Assembly (NCBI GenBank): GCA_964035545.1
Contig: CAXIUT010000182.1
Location: forward strand, 1 to 25,341
DNA: 25,341 nucleotides
From: Bugula neritina
Lineage: Eukaryota > Animalia > Bryozoa
Direction of reading: 5' to 3'
The notes beneath the pieces were generated by a model. The model saw only the letters and a program-made list of their open reading frames with translations, had not been told where the DNA came from and did not search any database. The translations under genes and the position numbers were made by a program. Of the stretch, positions 10,554 to 21,933 are shown piece after piece. Every line of letters starts with the position of its first letter. Positions within the stretch are counted from its first letter, which is position 1.

Positions 10554-12619
10554 TCAGGATGGAAAAGTGTTTGAGGAGAGATTGTATCTCAAGTCGACAG
10601 AAGTTAGCACTACAACATTGGGATGATAATTTTTATGAGGCAATCTCGGTCCTCCTCCATAGAATTTATTTAAAAAATACCAAACTTCAGGAGATATTTT
10701 TTTATGCGATACACTCATATTCTAGACTATTTATTAATTGGAGATTGGTCCAGGTCGAGGGTGTCCAAATATTTTATATCCTTTCTTGTTTTATTTATAA
10801 ACAAAGCTTTTCCATTGCGACAACCAGTTTCTATTGATGTAGACCCACTATTTTTTATGGGAGAGTTTATCTGCAAAACTAGCCATTTATTTTTCTGACA
10901 TTTTGATATCATTTAAGCTGGTTAATTTGAGTTGACATTATTAGCACTGATCTTTATCCGACTGTATTGCTATTTGTCTTCCTCCAAATATTTATAGTAG
11001 ATATTTATATATTTCTATTGGTATTTTATGAGGTCCATTGGCTACTTTTGATTGACTGGGTTTTAATCTTCCATGGGAACAGACGAAGGGATTCACTAAC
11101 GGTGGTATCTAGCAGTGCTATTTGAGATAGATATTCCAAAAATCAGGTAAAGGCATGATTGGATTCACATTCACCTCTAGACAACTCATGATGTTGCGAT
11201 ATAGAGGTTGATTTTTAGGTTATGACCTTCTTCTAAACAATGCTATCTTTATATTTGATTTTGGCTTCTCCTTCTATTGAATACTCTAGTCACTAATACT
11301 CAGTTCTTTATTGCTTGCAAGGATGTGAGTAAAAAACCTTTTGTCTTTGCGACTGATACAGCCCAGATATTCGAATATAGTGTTTGTTGTTGGTTTTTTA
11401 TTATCTTTAATGTACTATCTTGTGTATTTGGACAGGTCTATTTGGTCAGGAAGGTCTATATTCAATCCGTTTATTTATTATCCAAATTAGAGGATGAGGT
11501 TGTTGGGCAGATTGACATAGTTTTTATATTGGCTTATTTTTGAATCACATTTCTAACATATAATTTTACCTTGTTCAAGCGACTGCACTTTGAGTTGGTG
11601 GCTATTTCTCCAGTTAAGAGCCTATTCAATCAAACCCTATAAGGCTCCTTTATAATTAGACTATTGAAAGAATTTGTTGTCATAACTCACTTTCAAACAC
11701 TCAAAACGATTTATAGTAGTCGACTACTGATGGCAATTGCTGCATATTTGCTACAAGACGCATTACCCTCCAAATATCTATTTGACGATATTGTAGTTTT
11801 TTGTTTTAGTTGACTTCCATTCGTCATATTCTCCATGGATGAGAGTAGAAGCAGGACAGGGCAGTTCTTAGAAATGGAATTACTCGAATAGTATTTTAAG
11901 CAAGTAGTAGAGGACTCTTTGGGGTGTTTTTAATGCATATTATTTAAAACTTTAATCTTGTCTTATCAACTACTCTTATAGCCTACTTGTGTTGTATATT
12001 CGATATCTACCTGACCAAATTGTGCCGATTGTTTATATGAGATGCTTTACCAGAAGGTCATCTATTTTTTAGAGGTCTGCGACTTGGGATATTTCAGCTA
12101 TCGTTGGGACGTAGGCTAGGAGTTGGAGGACTGAGTTGAGGTAGCCGGTTACTCCGTTGTTTTTTAGTCCGCAGAGTCCTCTTTTTTATTTTGAAAGGAT
12201 GGAGGGTACTAATAATTAGCTCCAAAGATGACTGATTCTGTTTGCATGGGCAGCAGCAGATGTTGTCTGATCCAGTAGGTATTTATTTTTTTGATCTTTT
12301 GTTTTTCTCATTGATAATCCTCAGTTAATGATTGTTTACTCGGTGTCGTCATGTACTTATTTTTGACAAATAGTGCAAAATATCTACAGTGTCTAGCAGT
12401 GTATCATCACTCGATGTGCTGTTTCTAATTCTATGCTGGGTATGGGGGGTACTTTAGCCATATGAGATGAGCTACTCTTTGGTGAGTTGCTTTTTAGCTT
12501 GAAGCAGCCATCCTGAGTAGAGTTTCGGATACGTAGAGACAGATCCAAGTGATTTTGTTGAGATTCGGGTTGAGGAAAGTGGGCTCGTTGTTATATATAT
12601 GTATGTGCTCACAAGTCAT
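10554..12619 (-). CDS. USP20/USP33-architecture ubiquitin-specific protease homologue (ZnF-UBP-like, USP, 2x DUSP), predicted inactive, in-frame TGA at 12323-12321
   Basis: MTCEH...WICLY...IFCTIC; Cys box RGLCGLKNNGVTGYLNSVLQLL; IVKEIFGG...ICSNC; ICEKC...LPNNLIL; DUSP motifs FVCSHG...IFGG and WLSQWKSFV...PGPISN...VWYFLNKFYGGGP. Confidence 0.8.
12513..12532 (-). other. 20-nt intron in the USP-like gene
   Basis: Minus strand GTATCCGAAACTCTACTCAG. Removal puts ATG 12619 in frame with the zinc-finger and USP motifs. Confidence 0.8.
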
Positions 12620-12774
12620 TTTAAATTATATATTATTTAGAACTCCAATTATCAAATACAAATGATATATAAGATAGTGCAATCTTAGATATTAATATAT
12701 TTATTGAAGGAAGTACTTTTGTTTTTTCTTGTGACTATTTATATCTTTATAGTGATAGATGAGGGATATGAAGA

Positions 12775-12957
12775 TCAGGAGGTCTACGAGGTATAGTTTT
12801 TGCTTTTTATTTATAAATATATCAAAATAAGGAAGAGAATTGATGCTAACATCAGTCCGTATTCGATGTGTTCAGCTCCAACTGCTCCTCTAAAGTAAGC
12901 AGAAAATCCTTTGTGTTATATTTATTCGATATCTCTATCTTTTCTTTCTTCTTTCAT
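12775..12957 (-). CDS. possible small membrane protein (60 aa, or longer if a 1-nt indel is corrected)
   Basis: MKEERKDRDIEEIEHKGFSAYFRGAVGAEHIEYGLMLASILFLILIYL. Higher GC than the flanks, with a hydrophobic segment. No family recognised. Confidence 0.35.
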
Positions 12958-13014
12958 TGTTTATTAATTATATGATAGCAGATGATTAATTTAATTTCTT
13001 ATATTTTAAATTAG

Positions 13015-14495
13015 ATGAGTAGTTAGGTAATTTCCAGCAAGATAAAATCTCAAAACAGTCGATCGCAGATGAGTTTCGAAGAGGTGTTGGATCCCAAGAA
13101 GAGGTATCAGATAGTGAACGAATCAGAGCGTGAGAAGGAAAGAAAGAAGGCTCATCGCAAAGATGAAATCAAAAAGAAACAATAAAATAAGGTACATAAG
13201 AAACATTTGATGCACTAATTGATTAAAAAACGAAAAGAGCTGTTAGAACTAGAGCAGGCAGAAGAAAGTGGGATTGTTACTGAGAATTAGGCTCAGAAGT
13301 GTGCGATAGTTAAATTGGAAAAAGATAGGATAAGGAAGCTATAAAAATAAATATAAATATAAAATGCAAACTAGCTAGCTGTAAATCGACAAAGATAGGC
13401 GTTAAAACGTTTATAGAAGTAGCAAAGATAGCTAAACTACAAGAATTAATAGGCAAAAAACCTTCGAAAAAAGCATTGTCAAAGTCAAAAGAAGTAAAGA
13501 GTCAATGCAGTGAAGTATTCTAGATCAATGGAGTACAATAAAACAGTAGATCAGAGAAATAAAAAGAAAAATAGTCAAACTCAAACTACTTATTATGTAA
13601 CTGGAATGAATAAACATGGAGTCCATAAGTAACCTCCTAACTCGTTTTCTAATCCTAACATCATCATAACAAAATAAAACTAAGAAGATAATCATGGTAG
13701 ATTTTATCTTATTTAGCAATGAGAAGAGCATAAAATTATAACAAAGCAAAATAAGAGCAGTAGAACTAGTTGAGTAAGAAGCAGGAAGATAATCGGAGGA
13801 AGGCAATCGAAAGGGGAGAGAAGGTAATGGCAGAAATGAGAAGATAACGTGAATATGATGAATACTGCAAGTAGACATAGAAGTAGCAGGTGAGATATAA
13901 TATGAAAAGGGTAGTTTGTGGCAGGTAGAATCAAAGGACGTATTGTTTGATATAATATAGAGGAGTAAAACCGATGACTCTGAGTCAAATGGAAATGAAC
14001 AAAAAGTTAAGAACTGAATAGGAGTTTTAACAAATATTTTTCAAAGGAAAAAAGATAGTCAAAAATACAAAAGTACTTAGTAAATATGCAATCACATAAA
14101 ACAAGATGAAAGAAGCAGTTGAAGTAAAGGAATAGATAAGACCAAAGCCAAGATAGCCAATTAACTATGTTTAATAATAAAGTTTGATTCCCAATGATTC
14201 TGATGGACACTATTCCTTTGAATAATAGCGACAGTGGAGTAAAGACCAATTGTAGTAGTTGCTAAAGTAGAGAGAGAACTAGTTGAAATAGAGAGAGAGC
14301 CAGTTTAAATAGAGAGAGAACCAGTTTAGATAGAGAGAGGACTAATTAAAGCCGATAATGAAGGAAACTAGTCCTAATTAGACAAAGAATAATTTGAAGA
14401 AGACTCGCGCTCCAGGTAGATAAAAATAAAACAAGGCCTAATTAGACTATTCTGATTCATAGGAGTAAGATTCTTAGGTCGTGTATGATAGGTGA
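13015..14495 (+). CDS. hypothetical K/E/R-rich coiled-coil protein (~480 aa)
   Basis: Open from ATG 13015 to TGA 14493-14495 under TAR=Glu after removing the 20-nt intron at 13697-13716. 21-bp KERENEL-like repeats near 14265-14345. Confidence 0.8.
13697..13716 (+). other. 20-nt intron
   Basis: GTAGATTTTATCTTATTTAG. Required to maintain the frame. Confidence 0.8.
13940..13960 (+). other. candidate 21-nt in-frame intron
   Basis: GTATTGTTTGATATAATATAG. T-rich island in purine-rich coding sequence, 3n and stop-free. Confidence 0.5.
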
Positions 14496-14576
14496 TATTT
14501 GATATTTGATATTTGATAAGTGTGATATATTTGATATATTTGATATATTTGATATATTTATATTTATATTATTATA

Positions 14577-15835
14577 TCAGGTGTGGTGTTTGGAGTTGAA
14601 GGCTGGTAGAGTGACTTCCATGAGTTTTAGCTTTTAGTAGTGTTATTTTTGTTTTCCTAGTTTATTTTCAATGTCGTATATTTTTAAATCATACTATCCA
14701 AAGGGCACTTTGTTATGATTTCTGATGGTTGATCTGGGAGCTATGCCGAATTGGTGGATCTTTTATGGTCTACGAGCAAATGACCCTTTGCTTTTGAACT
14801 TCATATCGTCTTACTTTATCATAGTGAATCTGTTTTGCATGTATTGACCTGGACCTGGCAAACTTATCTATCTATATCATAGATTAGTACTTTTCTAGGT
14901 TAAGTAGAGACAAATCTTTAGGCTTTGGATATCGTTCCTAAAGGTTATTTTTTACCTATTTTTTATGAATCTAATATTTAGTAGTATCCAGGTCCTAACT
15001 AACTTAGTTTAGATGTCTTTCCTTCTGTATTGTCGATAGGTGCATAGTTGTAGTGCATTGATGATTTGGGGAGTTTATTTTAGACAGATTTTTAATGTTT
15101 TTCTGTTGAATATGAGCCAGGTCCAATTATATGTGAAGACGAATTATTATGTATCAATTCAGGTCTTCTACTTTTGGAGAGAAATACTGAAGTCATTTTA
15201 TCTATCTTTTTTACTATCGCATATTCTGTCTAATCGAATTTTACGACCTCATCTGGAATATCTTATTAATCTTATGGATTTTTTGACTTATTTTTGTTTA
15301 ATTTTTGATTTTTTGTTATCATTTCTTAAATAAAAGATTTAGGACTCTTACTTTTGAATACTGATAAAGCTGTACTATTATTCAATGACACAATTGGATT
15401 GTACTAGCCTGGTCCTACTTTATTTTTATTTGTTTTCTATTCCTAAAATCTAGATCCTTTACTCCAATTAGAATGGATATTACCAGGTTATTTCAATATT
15501 TATCCATACTCTCCAGGACCTAATCTACTTTGAGACATATTGTTAAGAGCAAATGAGAGTCGATTGCTGCCATAGATCCATGCATGTTATCTAGGCAGTT
15601 TCGTAGACTATTTATTTATTTTTTGATTTTTAGAATCCATTGTATTTTTCTATGTGATGATTGAAGTATAGGAGCCTGGACCGGGAGTTGATTGGATTGG
15701 GGAGTTGAATCTTTATACTTTAGAGATGAAGGTGTTTTTATTGATGGTTTGTGGCTGTTACGGGGGTGGTTTTGATAAACTTTTAGTAAATTTTTGAGAT
15801 AAAGTAGGGGGAGGCTACTGAAGATTGATTTTCAT
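14577..15835 (-). CDS. STPG/ODF3 (SHIPPO) PGPGxY-repeat axonemal-type protein (~410 aa)
   Basis: Repeated TPGPGSY, LGPGEY, VGPGEY, LGPGYY, LPGPGQY motifs. ATG 15835, TGA 14579-14577, one 23-nt intron. Confidence 0.85.
14868..14890 (-). other. 23-nt intron
   Basis: Minus strand GTACTAATCTATGATATAGATAG. The distal AG restores the PGPGQY frame, whereas the AG at 19 nt does not. Confidence 0.75.
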
Positions 15836-16063
15836 TATTTTTATTTATTAGTTTATAAACATAAAACATCAAAACCAATAATACTATAGTAATATTAAAG
15901 TAATACTAGTCATCTACTAGATAAACCATATTTAGCCATTTAGAAAGTATTTTAAACAATTGAATACTATTTATTCATGTGTTGCTGTTTTTATGAGATA
16001 ATAGGTTGTGAGTTATCAAATACATTTTATGATATATATTTATAGAGTTATTTAACGATATAG

Positions 16064-16855
16064 ATGGCAGAAGATAAAGTTAAAAAACGAGTGCATTCTT
16101 ATAAATCTAATAAACACAAATAATAGTCAAAGGAAAATTCTCTAGTCAAAAAGAAGAAAGTCGATCGTAAAAGAGTGTTATCATCCAATATGATTCATAA
16201 GTCAACTGTCAAAAGCCAATCAGTAATAGACAAGACAAGTCAATCAGTTATAGACAAGACAAGTCAATCAGTTATAGATAAGACAAGCAAAATATCAAAA
16301 AGATAACAATCATGCTAGTAGCAATTGCATCCTCACTTCATGACTGTAGCTGATTTGATTGATACTGGAGGAGATAAGTTAGTAGAAACGCCTGTAAACC
16401 AATACCAGTAGGATTCTTACTTGAAAGTGGATGAGAGTAGTCGATAGATGGGTAAATCTCATGGCTCATATCCATTAGATGCGGTTGATAAATTCTAGCA
16501 GACAATAGGCAAGTTAAAAAGCAGACAGGACACCATGGATGTACTTAATCGGACAAAGAATACTCGGCTGGTCGATACAAGTGCCAACAGGTTGTCTTTG
16601 TCTAAGAAGTTGGACATGTATGAGGTGGAGATTAATTTTTATGTGGATAAGATATCTCAGTTGCAGAAAGAACTGCATTAAAAAAATAAATCAAACAAAG
16701 GTGATAGAAATGGATAGTTTTAGATTGTAGTTAAAAATAATAGAAAACTAATTGGAGAGAATCATCGGCTGAGAGAGGAAAAAGAACTTTTGGAAAGATA
16801 AAATTTAGCCTTGAAGAAAGTTTTGGATAAACAGTTTGATAAAACGATGCATTGA
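16064..16855 (+). CDS. hypothetical protein (263 aa), C-terminal coiled coil, three SQSVIDKT repeats
   Basis: Uninterrupted ATG-to-TGA frame under TAR=Glu. 24-bp repeat at about 16214-16288. Confidence 0.8.
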
Positions 16856-16934
16856 TAGTTATTCATATCTATTTTTAGCAGTCTTTATTGGCTACTTATT
16901 GTTTATTTGTTCATTTATTTGTTTCTATTTACTT

Positions 16935-17010
16935 ATTTGATTTGATTGTGATTGATTGTTATTTGATTTGATTGTGATTGATTGTTATTTGATTTGATTG
17001 TGATTGATTT
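16935..17010. repeat. 26-bp tandem repeat, about 3 copies, intergenic
   Basis: ATTTGATTTGATTGTGATTGATTGTT repeated upstream of SEC63. Confidence 0.85.
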
Positions 17011-17026
17011 ACGTGTAATACTATAG

Positions 17027-19006
17027 ATGTCATTTTTCCAACAGGAAGGTGATGATAGCAATCTTCAATACGATGACGCAGCATTTCTTTATTTTATCGC
17101 AAGTGCCCTTTCCCTTTCAGTTCTGGGTCTGGTCATATCAATAGTAAATGATCTTTTGGGTTTAAGATTTCAGCAGTAATGGAAATTTGCCAAATCCCCT
17201 ATCTTCAAGCATAAAATAAGAAAGGTGAAATCCTAAAAAAGAAGAATGAATTTAACAAGTAGCTTCTTATTGAAGTTATTGTCACTAGCATTGGTTTTAG
17301 TTTTGTTTATGTGGGTATATAACTAATCCCAAAAAGTATAAAACAAACTCAAAGGATTTGATCCTTACTAGATATTAGAGGTAACCAAAGAGGCATCTCT
17401 GTCTCAAATTAAAAAATCCTATAGAAAGTTGGCTTTGAAATACCACCCAGATAAAAACAAGGGAAACGCATAGGCTCAAAACAAATTCATACTGATATCC
17501 AAAAGCTACTAGTGCTTTACTAATTAATAAAAGAAAGCTAATTGCTTCAAATATGGCAATCCTGATGGTGTCTAGTCATATAGAGTTGGGATTGGACTAC
17601 CTAAATTTTTTATTGACGTAGATTATCAATATTACGTTCTTCCTTTAGTTTTAGTCATCTTGCTGGTGATTGTACCTGGATTGATGATCAGATGGAACAA
17701 CAAGACTAAAACTCTCGATCAGAATGGCATATCTGTTGGCAGTTATCCTACTTTATTCAAAGTGCTACAAACTCCAGTGGATAAATATAGTTTTCCTTAC
17801 ATAATGGCTGGATATCCATAGCTTTACTAGGATTAAAACTATGGTCCGATATCAGAGTAAAACAAAATAAAATTGATGTAACTCATAAAATAGAATCCTA
17901 GGTTGTAAAAACCAGTTCTACACTAGCTATCAGATAACCAGCTATTGATCTTATGGTAGGTATTGAAATACGCATGTCACTGTGGCTAATTCAGTGTACC
18001 TGATATGAGATATCGCTTTTAGGGATATTTGAATATGACTCTTAGCGTTATTCAAATGTTTACCATCAAATAACTTGATGGAAATATCCTCTACGGCAAT
18101 GTCGATTGGAAAGTTACCTATATAGGAGTCCCCATCTTCAATACCTTCATGGAATTTCAAAGAGATTTCTTCAATAGAACCCTCATCATACCCGCCACCA
18201 ACGATAACTGGATCTATGGCCTAAGTCTATCAGAAAATACGAGAGTCACTCTCAGAAAAGCTATCAGAAATGGTGGAGTTATGAACAATTTGTACGACAG
18301 TTTGAGCAACTAGTAGAGATTGAAGATTTTATGCGAGCAGATTCCTTCTGAGGAGAGGTAGAGTGTGGAGGGGCAGTTGAGGAGTTGGCCTGTGTACCAG
18401 TTATAGATGAAGATGAAGTTAGAGGGGAAGTAGATCACTTAGATGAGCAATTTGGATTTTACAATGTTGTATTTTAAGGTGATTCAGGAGAACAAGACTC
18501 CAGGTTTCAGTTATATTCACAATGAACCTATGCCAAGAAAAGACAAAATATTTGTTTTGGGACTCGATAACCAAGAAATAGTTTTTATCAGAGCAGTACT
18601 CATATCCTAAAGTAGATTGTTTTTAGAGAGAAAGAGAATAATTATGTCTTTAAGGTTCCCTTTAGAAGTGGAAAGATAGGAGAGCATTGTATGCGAGTAT
18701 TCGTTATTCACTAGACATGTTGGAATTTGGATATCGTGAAGGAGATGAAGTTTAGAGTGAGAGAAGCCTCTGCTGAAGAAGCAGTACCTATATTGTTATT
18801 TAGAATAAGCCTGTCCAATTTCATAAGGAAGATATAAATCTCGAGAGGATGTTTAAGACCTTTTTGAGGAGTTGATCGACTTGTCGATGGATCCCGAATA
18901 AAATTAGTTGTCGGATAGTGAAGAGTAATAGAAAAAAGAAGAACCTGGTCGAATAGAAGAGTAGTCTGAGAATTAAGAAGAAGAAGAGGAACACAGTGAT
19001 GACTGA
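17027..19006 (+). CDS. SEC63: Translocon J-domain protein SEC63
   Basis: [11 protein letters not shown], three hydrophobic segments, J-domain FDPYEILEV...[13 protein letters not shown]...KYGNPDG...VGIGLP, acidic tail. Two 20-nt introns and one apparent missing A near 18836. Confidence 0.93.
18596..18615 (+). other. 20-nt intron in SEC63
   Basis: GTACTCATATCCTAAAGTAG. Restores the open frame. Confidence 0.8.
18784..18803 (+). other. 20-nt intron in SEC63
   Basis: GTACCTATATTGTTATTTAG. Matches the pattern, but one further indel is needed to reach the acidic tail. Confidence 0.7.
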
Positions 19007-19018
19007 ATAAATAAATAA

Positions 19019-19065
<47 letters not shown>

Positions 19066-19070
19066 ATGAA

Positions 19071-19101
<31 letters not shown>

Positions 19102-19136
19102 ATGAATAAATAAATAAATAAATAAATAAATAAATA
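19006..19136. repeat. (AAAT)n microsatellite, about 32 units with a few GAAT variants
   Basis: Directly follows the SEC63 stop codon and generates the spurious YLFI-repeat ORFs in the track. Confidence 0.97.
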
Positions 19137-19346
19137 CACATCATATCATATGAATATGAATATGAATATAAATAATGTATAATGAATAATATTGATGAAT
19201 AATAGTTAATGAATAGCATTGATAAATAGTATTGATAAATAATATTGATAGATAGGTGAAATATATAAAGAAATGGGTATTAGTTCTTATATTTATGTAC
19301 TGTTTTGATATAGGCTGTTTGAGGTATTGACTGACAATTGGTTTTG

Positions 19347-21192
19347 ATGAGTGGAAATATCTAAAGAGATAGGTTATTTGTAATTTTATATTTATTTAGG
19401 TGTGTGAGGTGGCAGAAAGGGTGTAACTATTTCTGAAAAAAATGAAATTTTAACTAGAAGAAACAGTCTATTCTGCATCATAAAAATTTATAAAAATAGA
19501 CAAATAAAAAATATAGATTAATAAATTAGAAAATAAAGATAAAGATAGCTAGCCAGTTAACTAAGGATAAAACTATCCGATTCCTTATGGATAAAGTGAA
19601 TCTATCCATTAATCAGATAAAAAAATAAAATAGAAACAAGTTTAATCATAACTAGAGAAGCATTAAGACAATGCTAGACAAGAAAGTTAATAAATGTCAA
19701 AAAACAACTTTTGTAAATAAAAAATTAGAGCAATAAATAAGAAGATAGTGAATCAATAAGATCTTGGGAATCGTCTTTGCATTAATAGATCAGAAGTAAA
19801 GACAAATAATTATAAAATGAAGAAGATAAATAATTATAAAATAAAGAAGATAAATAATTATAAAATGAAGAAGATAAATAGATAAAGCAATTTTAAGTTA
19901 ATAGTATTCAAAATAAATCTTAACATTAACATTTATCATCAATATAGCTTAAATAATCATAAGGTAGAAATAATAAAAGTGAATAAAATGTTTAATGGTT
20001 GTAGTAGTAATAGATTTAATAAAAAAGTTAGATTTAAATAAAATATTCTTTATTAAATTAATAAAAGCATAAAGAGTTTTTAAGTAATATAGAAAGAGAA
20101 TATTCTCTATAATCATCAATTAGTCAATAAGAATAGTACTAGTCCTGTTAAGTTATTAAATAAAGAAAATAATAATCCCTTCATCAGTATTAAAATTATC
20201 AATTGCATGAATAAAGATCAATTAATCAACAAGAAAGCTAAGAGAAATCCTCGTTTTATCGTCCTTAATAAGACTATTAATAGCTATAAAATAGTATAAA
20301 ATAAAGAGAATAATCAAAACAATCATCATATCATTCTTCATAAGAATATTAATCAAGATCATATAGCCAAAGAGGACAGTATAATTAATCCTAACATCCT
20401 TAATAGCAATAAGATAAAAAAGATTAAAAAGACTTTTAATGTGAACCAGAGTAGTTTAAATAAATAGTTTAGGATTCTTAAATGATGTTAGTTAGAAAGA
20501 ATAAAAAAATAAAATATCTACTAGAAGAGTCATAAATATAAGAATAACAATAAAAAGGAATAAATATATAAAATATAAAAGAGATATAACAACCAATAAA
20601 TGCCTAATAATAAGATATAAAATAAAATAAATATGACTAGTAACATCTATAATTAAATAAATAACTTGAGTAAATCAATAGACCAAAAAGAGATAAAGAC
20701 GCAGACAATCTAAAAAGTAAAAATAGAAAAAGTCTAAAAATAGAACAATTTATCAACTCAAAAGTAAGATCAAAGAAGATAAGTAAAGAAAAATATCAAG
20801 CAAAAAGATAATACTAGTATTTATAAGACAAAAAGGTCTGATATTCAAATTGATAAGCCTAAGTATATAACAGGATATATGATGTTTTATCAGAGAAATA
20901 AAAAGCTTTTAGGTTAAAGATTTGGTCTTACTCAGGCATCCAAAATATCAAAGATGGCTTCTATTTAATGAAAAGTTTATCAGATAACGAAAGAAGTAAA
21001 TATTAAATATTAGCTAAATAATAAAAAATCAAATCACAACATAAAGTAGACAACATCAAATATTCACATCCTTTTCAAGCTAAAGACATAAAGAGGAAAG
21101 AAAGACCTCGAGATAGAATAAAATAAATAAAATAAAAGGACAGAATGAGGATACAAGAAAATGAGAGTGATAATTTTTATGATTCTTAGTGA
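19347..21192 (+). CDS. HMG-box protein with long low-complexity N/K/E-rich N-terminus (start and internal frame uncertain)
   Basis: KPKYITGYMMFYQRNKKLLGERFGLTQASKISKMASIE(W)KSLSDNERSKYEILAKEEK at about 20855-21025. The Trp codon needs one G restored at 20970. 20-nt intron at 19380-19399. Ends TAG TGA. Confidence 0.7.
19380..19399 (+). other. 20-nt intron
   Basis: GTAATTTTATATTTATTTAG. Joins MSGNIERDRLF to VCEVAERVELFLKK. Confidence 0.7.
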
Positions 21193-21245
21193 ATGATAAG
21201 TAATATCTCTTTTTTATATAAATTAAATTAATTTTGAATAATTAG

Positions 21246-21839
21246 ATGCAAAGAAAATCAAATTCAAAACCTCGAGTTAGTCGTAAGTCACTAAAAGCAG
21301 ATAAAAAAGAGCCAGCCTAAAAGGTATATGATCCCTAGTTGGACAACTTTTAATTTATAAACAAAGACATTACACATCATTTATTGTGTCCTCAGTGTAA
21401 GAAATTGATGAAGGATCCTTTTAGATTGCATCCATGTGGTGATACTTTTTGTTCCTAGTGTTTGCCGACTAACAAGAAATGTTCTAAATGTATGGGTAAA
21501 GTAAAATCTATTCAAAAAGATTTGATTGGATAGAAATTAGTTAATTAACTGATAGTTAAATGTACGAATGAAGGTTGTCCTTATCAAGATACTTTTGATC
21601 ATTTCAAAGGATGGCATTTTGGTAAATGCAAACTTAAAGTTGGACTTGACTAGTGGCTAAAAGGAATCAAAAGCACATTAAATTAACATAACTAAAATAA
21701 GTAAAAACATATTAGTTAAAGTTCATCAGAAGAGGAAGATAGTTAAACAGAAAAGAAAGCCAATCTTTAATTGCCTCAACCTTCTGCAATCGATAAAAAG
21801 TTAAATCAATCAGAATAATATAATAAAATTTATTAGTGA
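21246..21839 (+). CDS. RING-finger plus TRAF-type zinc-finger protein (197 aa)
   Basis: LLCPQCKKLMKDPFRLHPCGDTFCSECLPTNKKCSKC followed by VNELIVKCTNEGCPY...WHFGKC. Uninterrupted frame. Confidence 0.88.
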
Positions 21840-21933
21840 TATTGATATTGATATTGATATGATTTAATGAATAATATGATATATAAGTGTTTCTATTTTG
21901 AATTGATAGTGTTATAATTCGATAACGACAATA

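Noticed and set aside
12430-12452. Second GTAC intron in the USP-like gene
   Set aside because: The frame is already continuous through it, and the nearest AGs (17, 22, 28 nt) would break the frame.
5239-15333. Hydrophobic short ORFs in the track (e.g. 5239, 6127, 7627, 11277, 13525, 14007, 15040)
   Set aside because: They are antisense shadows of purine-rich genes produced by using the wrong genetic code.
18711-19219. YLFI-repeat ORFs in the supplied track
   Set aside because: They are translations of the (AAAT)n microsatellite and the antisense of SEC63.
20966-20976. TGA at the invariant HMG-box Trp as evidence for UGA=Trp
   Set aside because: Reading TGA leaves the downstream KSLSDNER out of frame. 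Restoring one G (TGG AAA AGT) fixes both, so a deletion error explains it.
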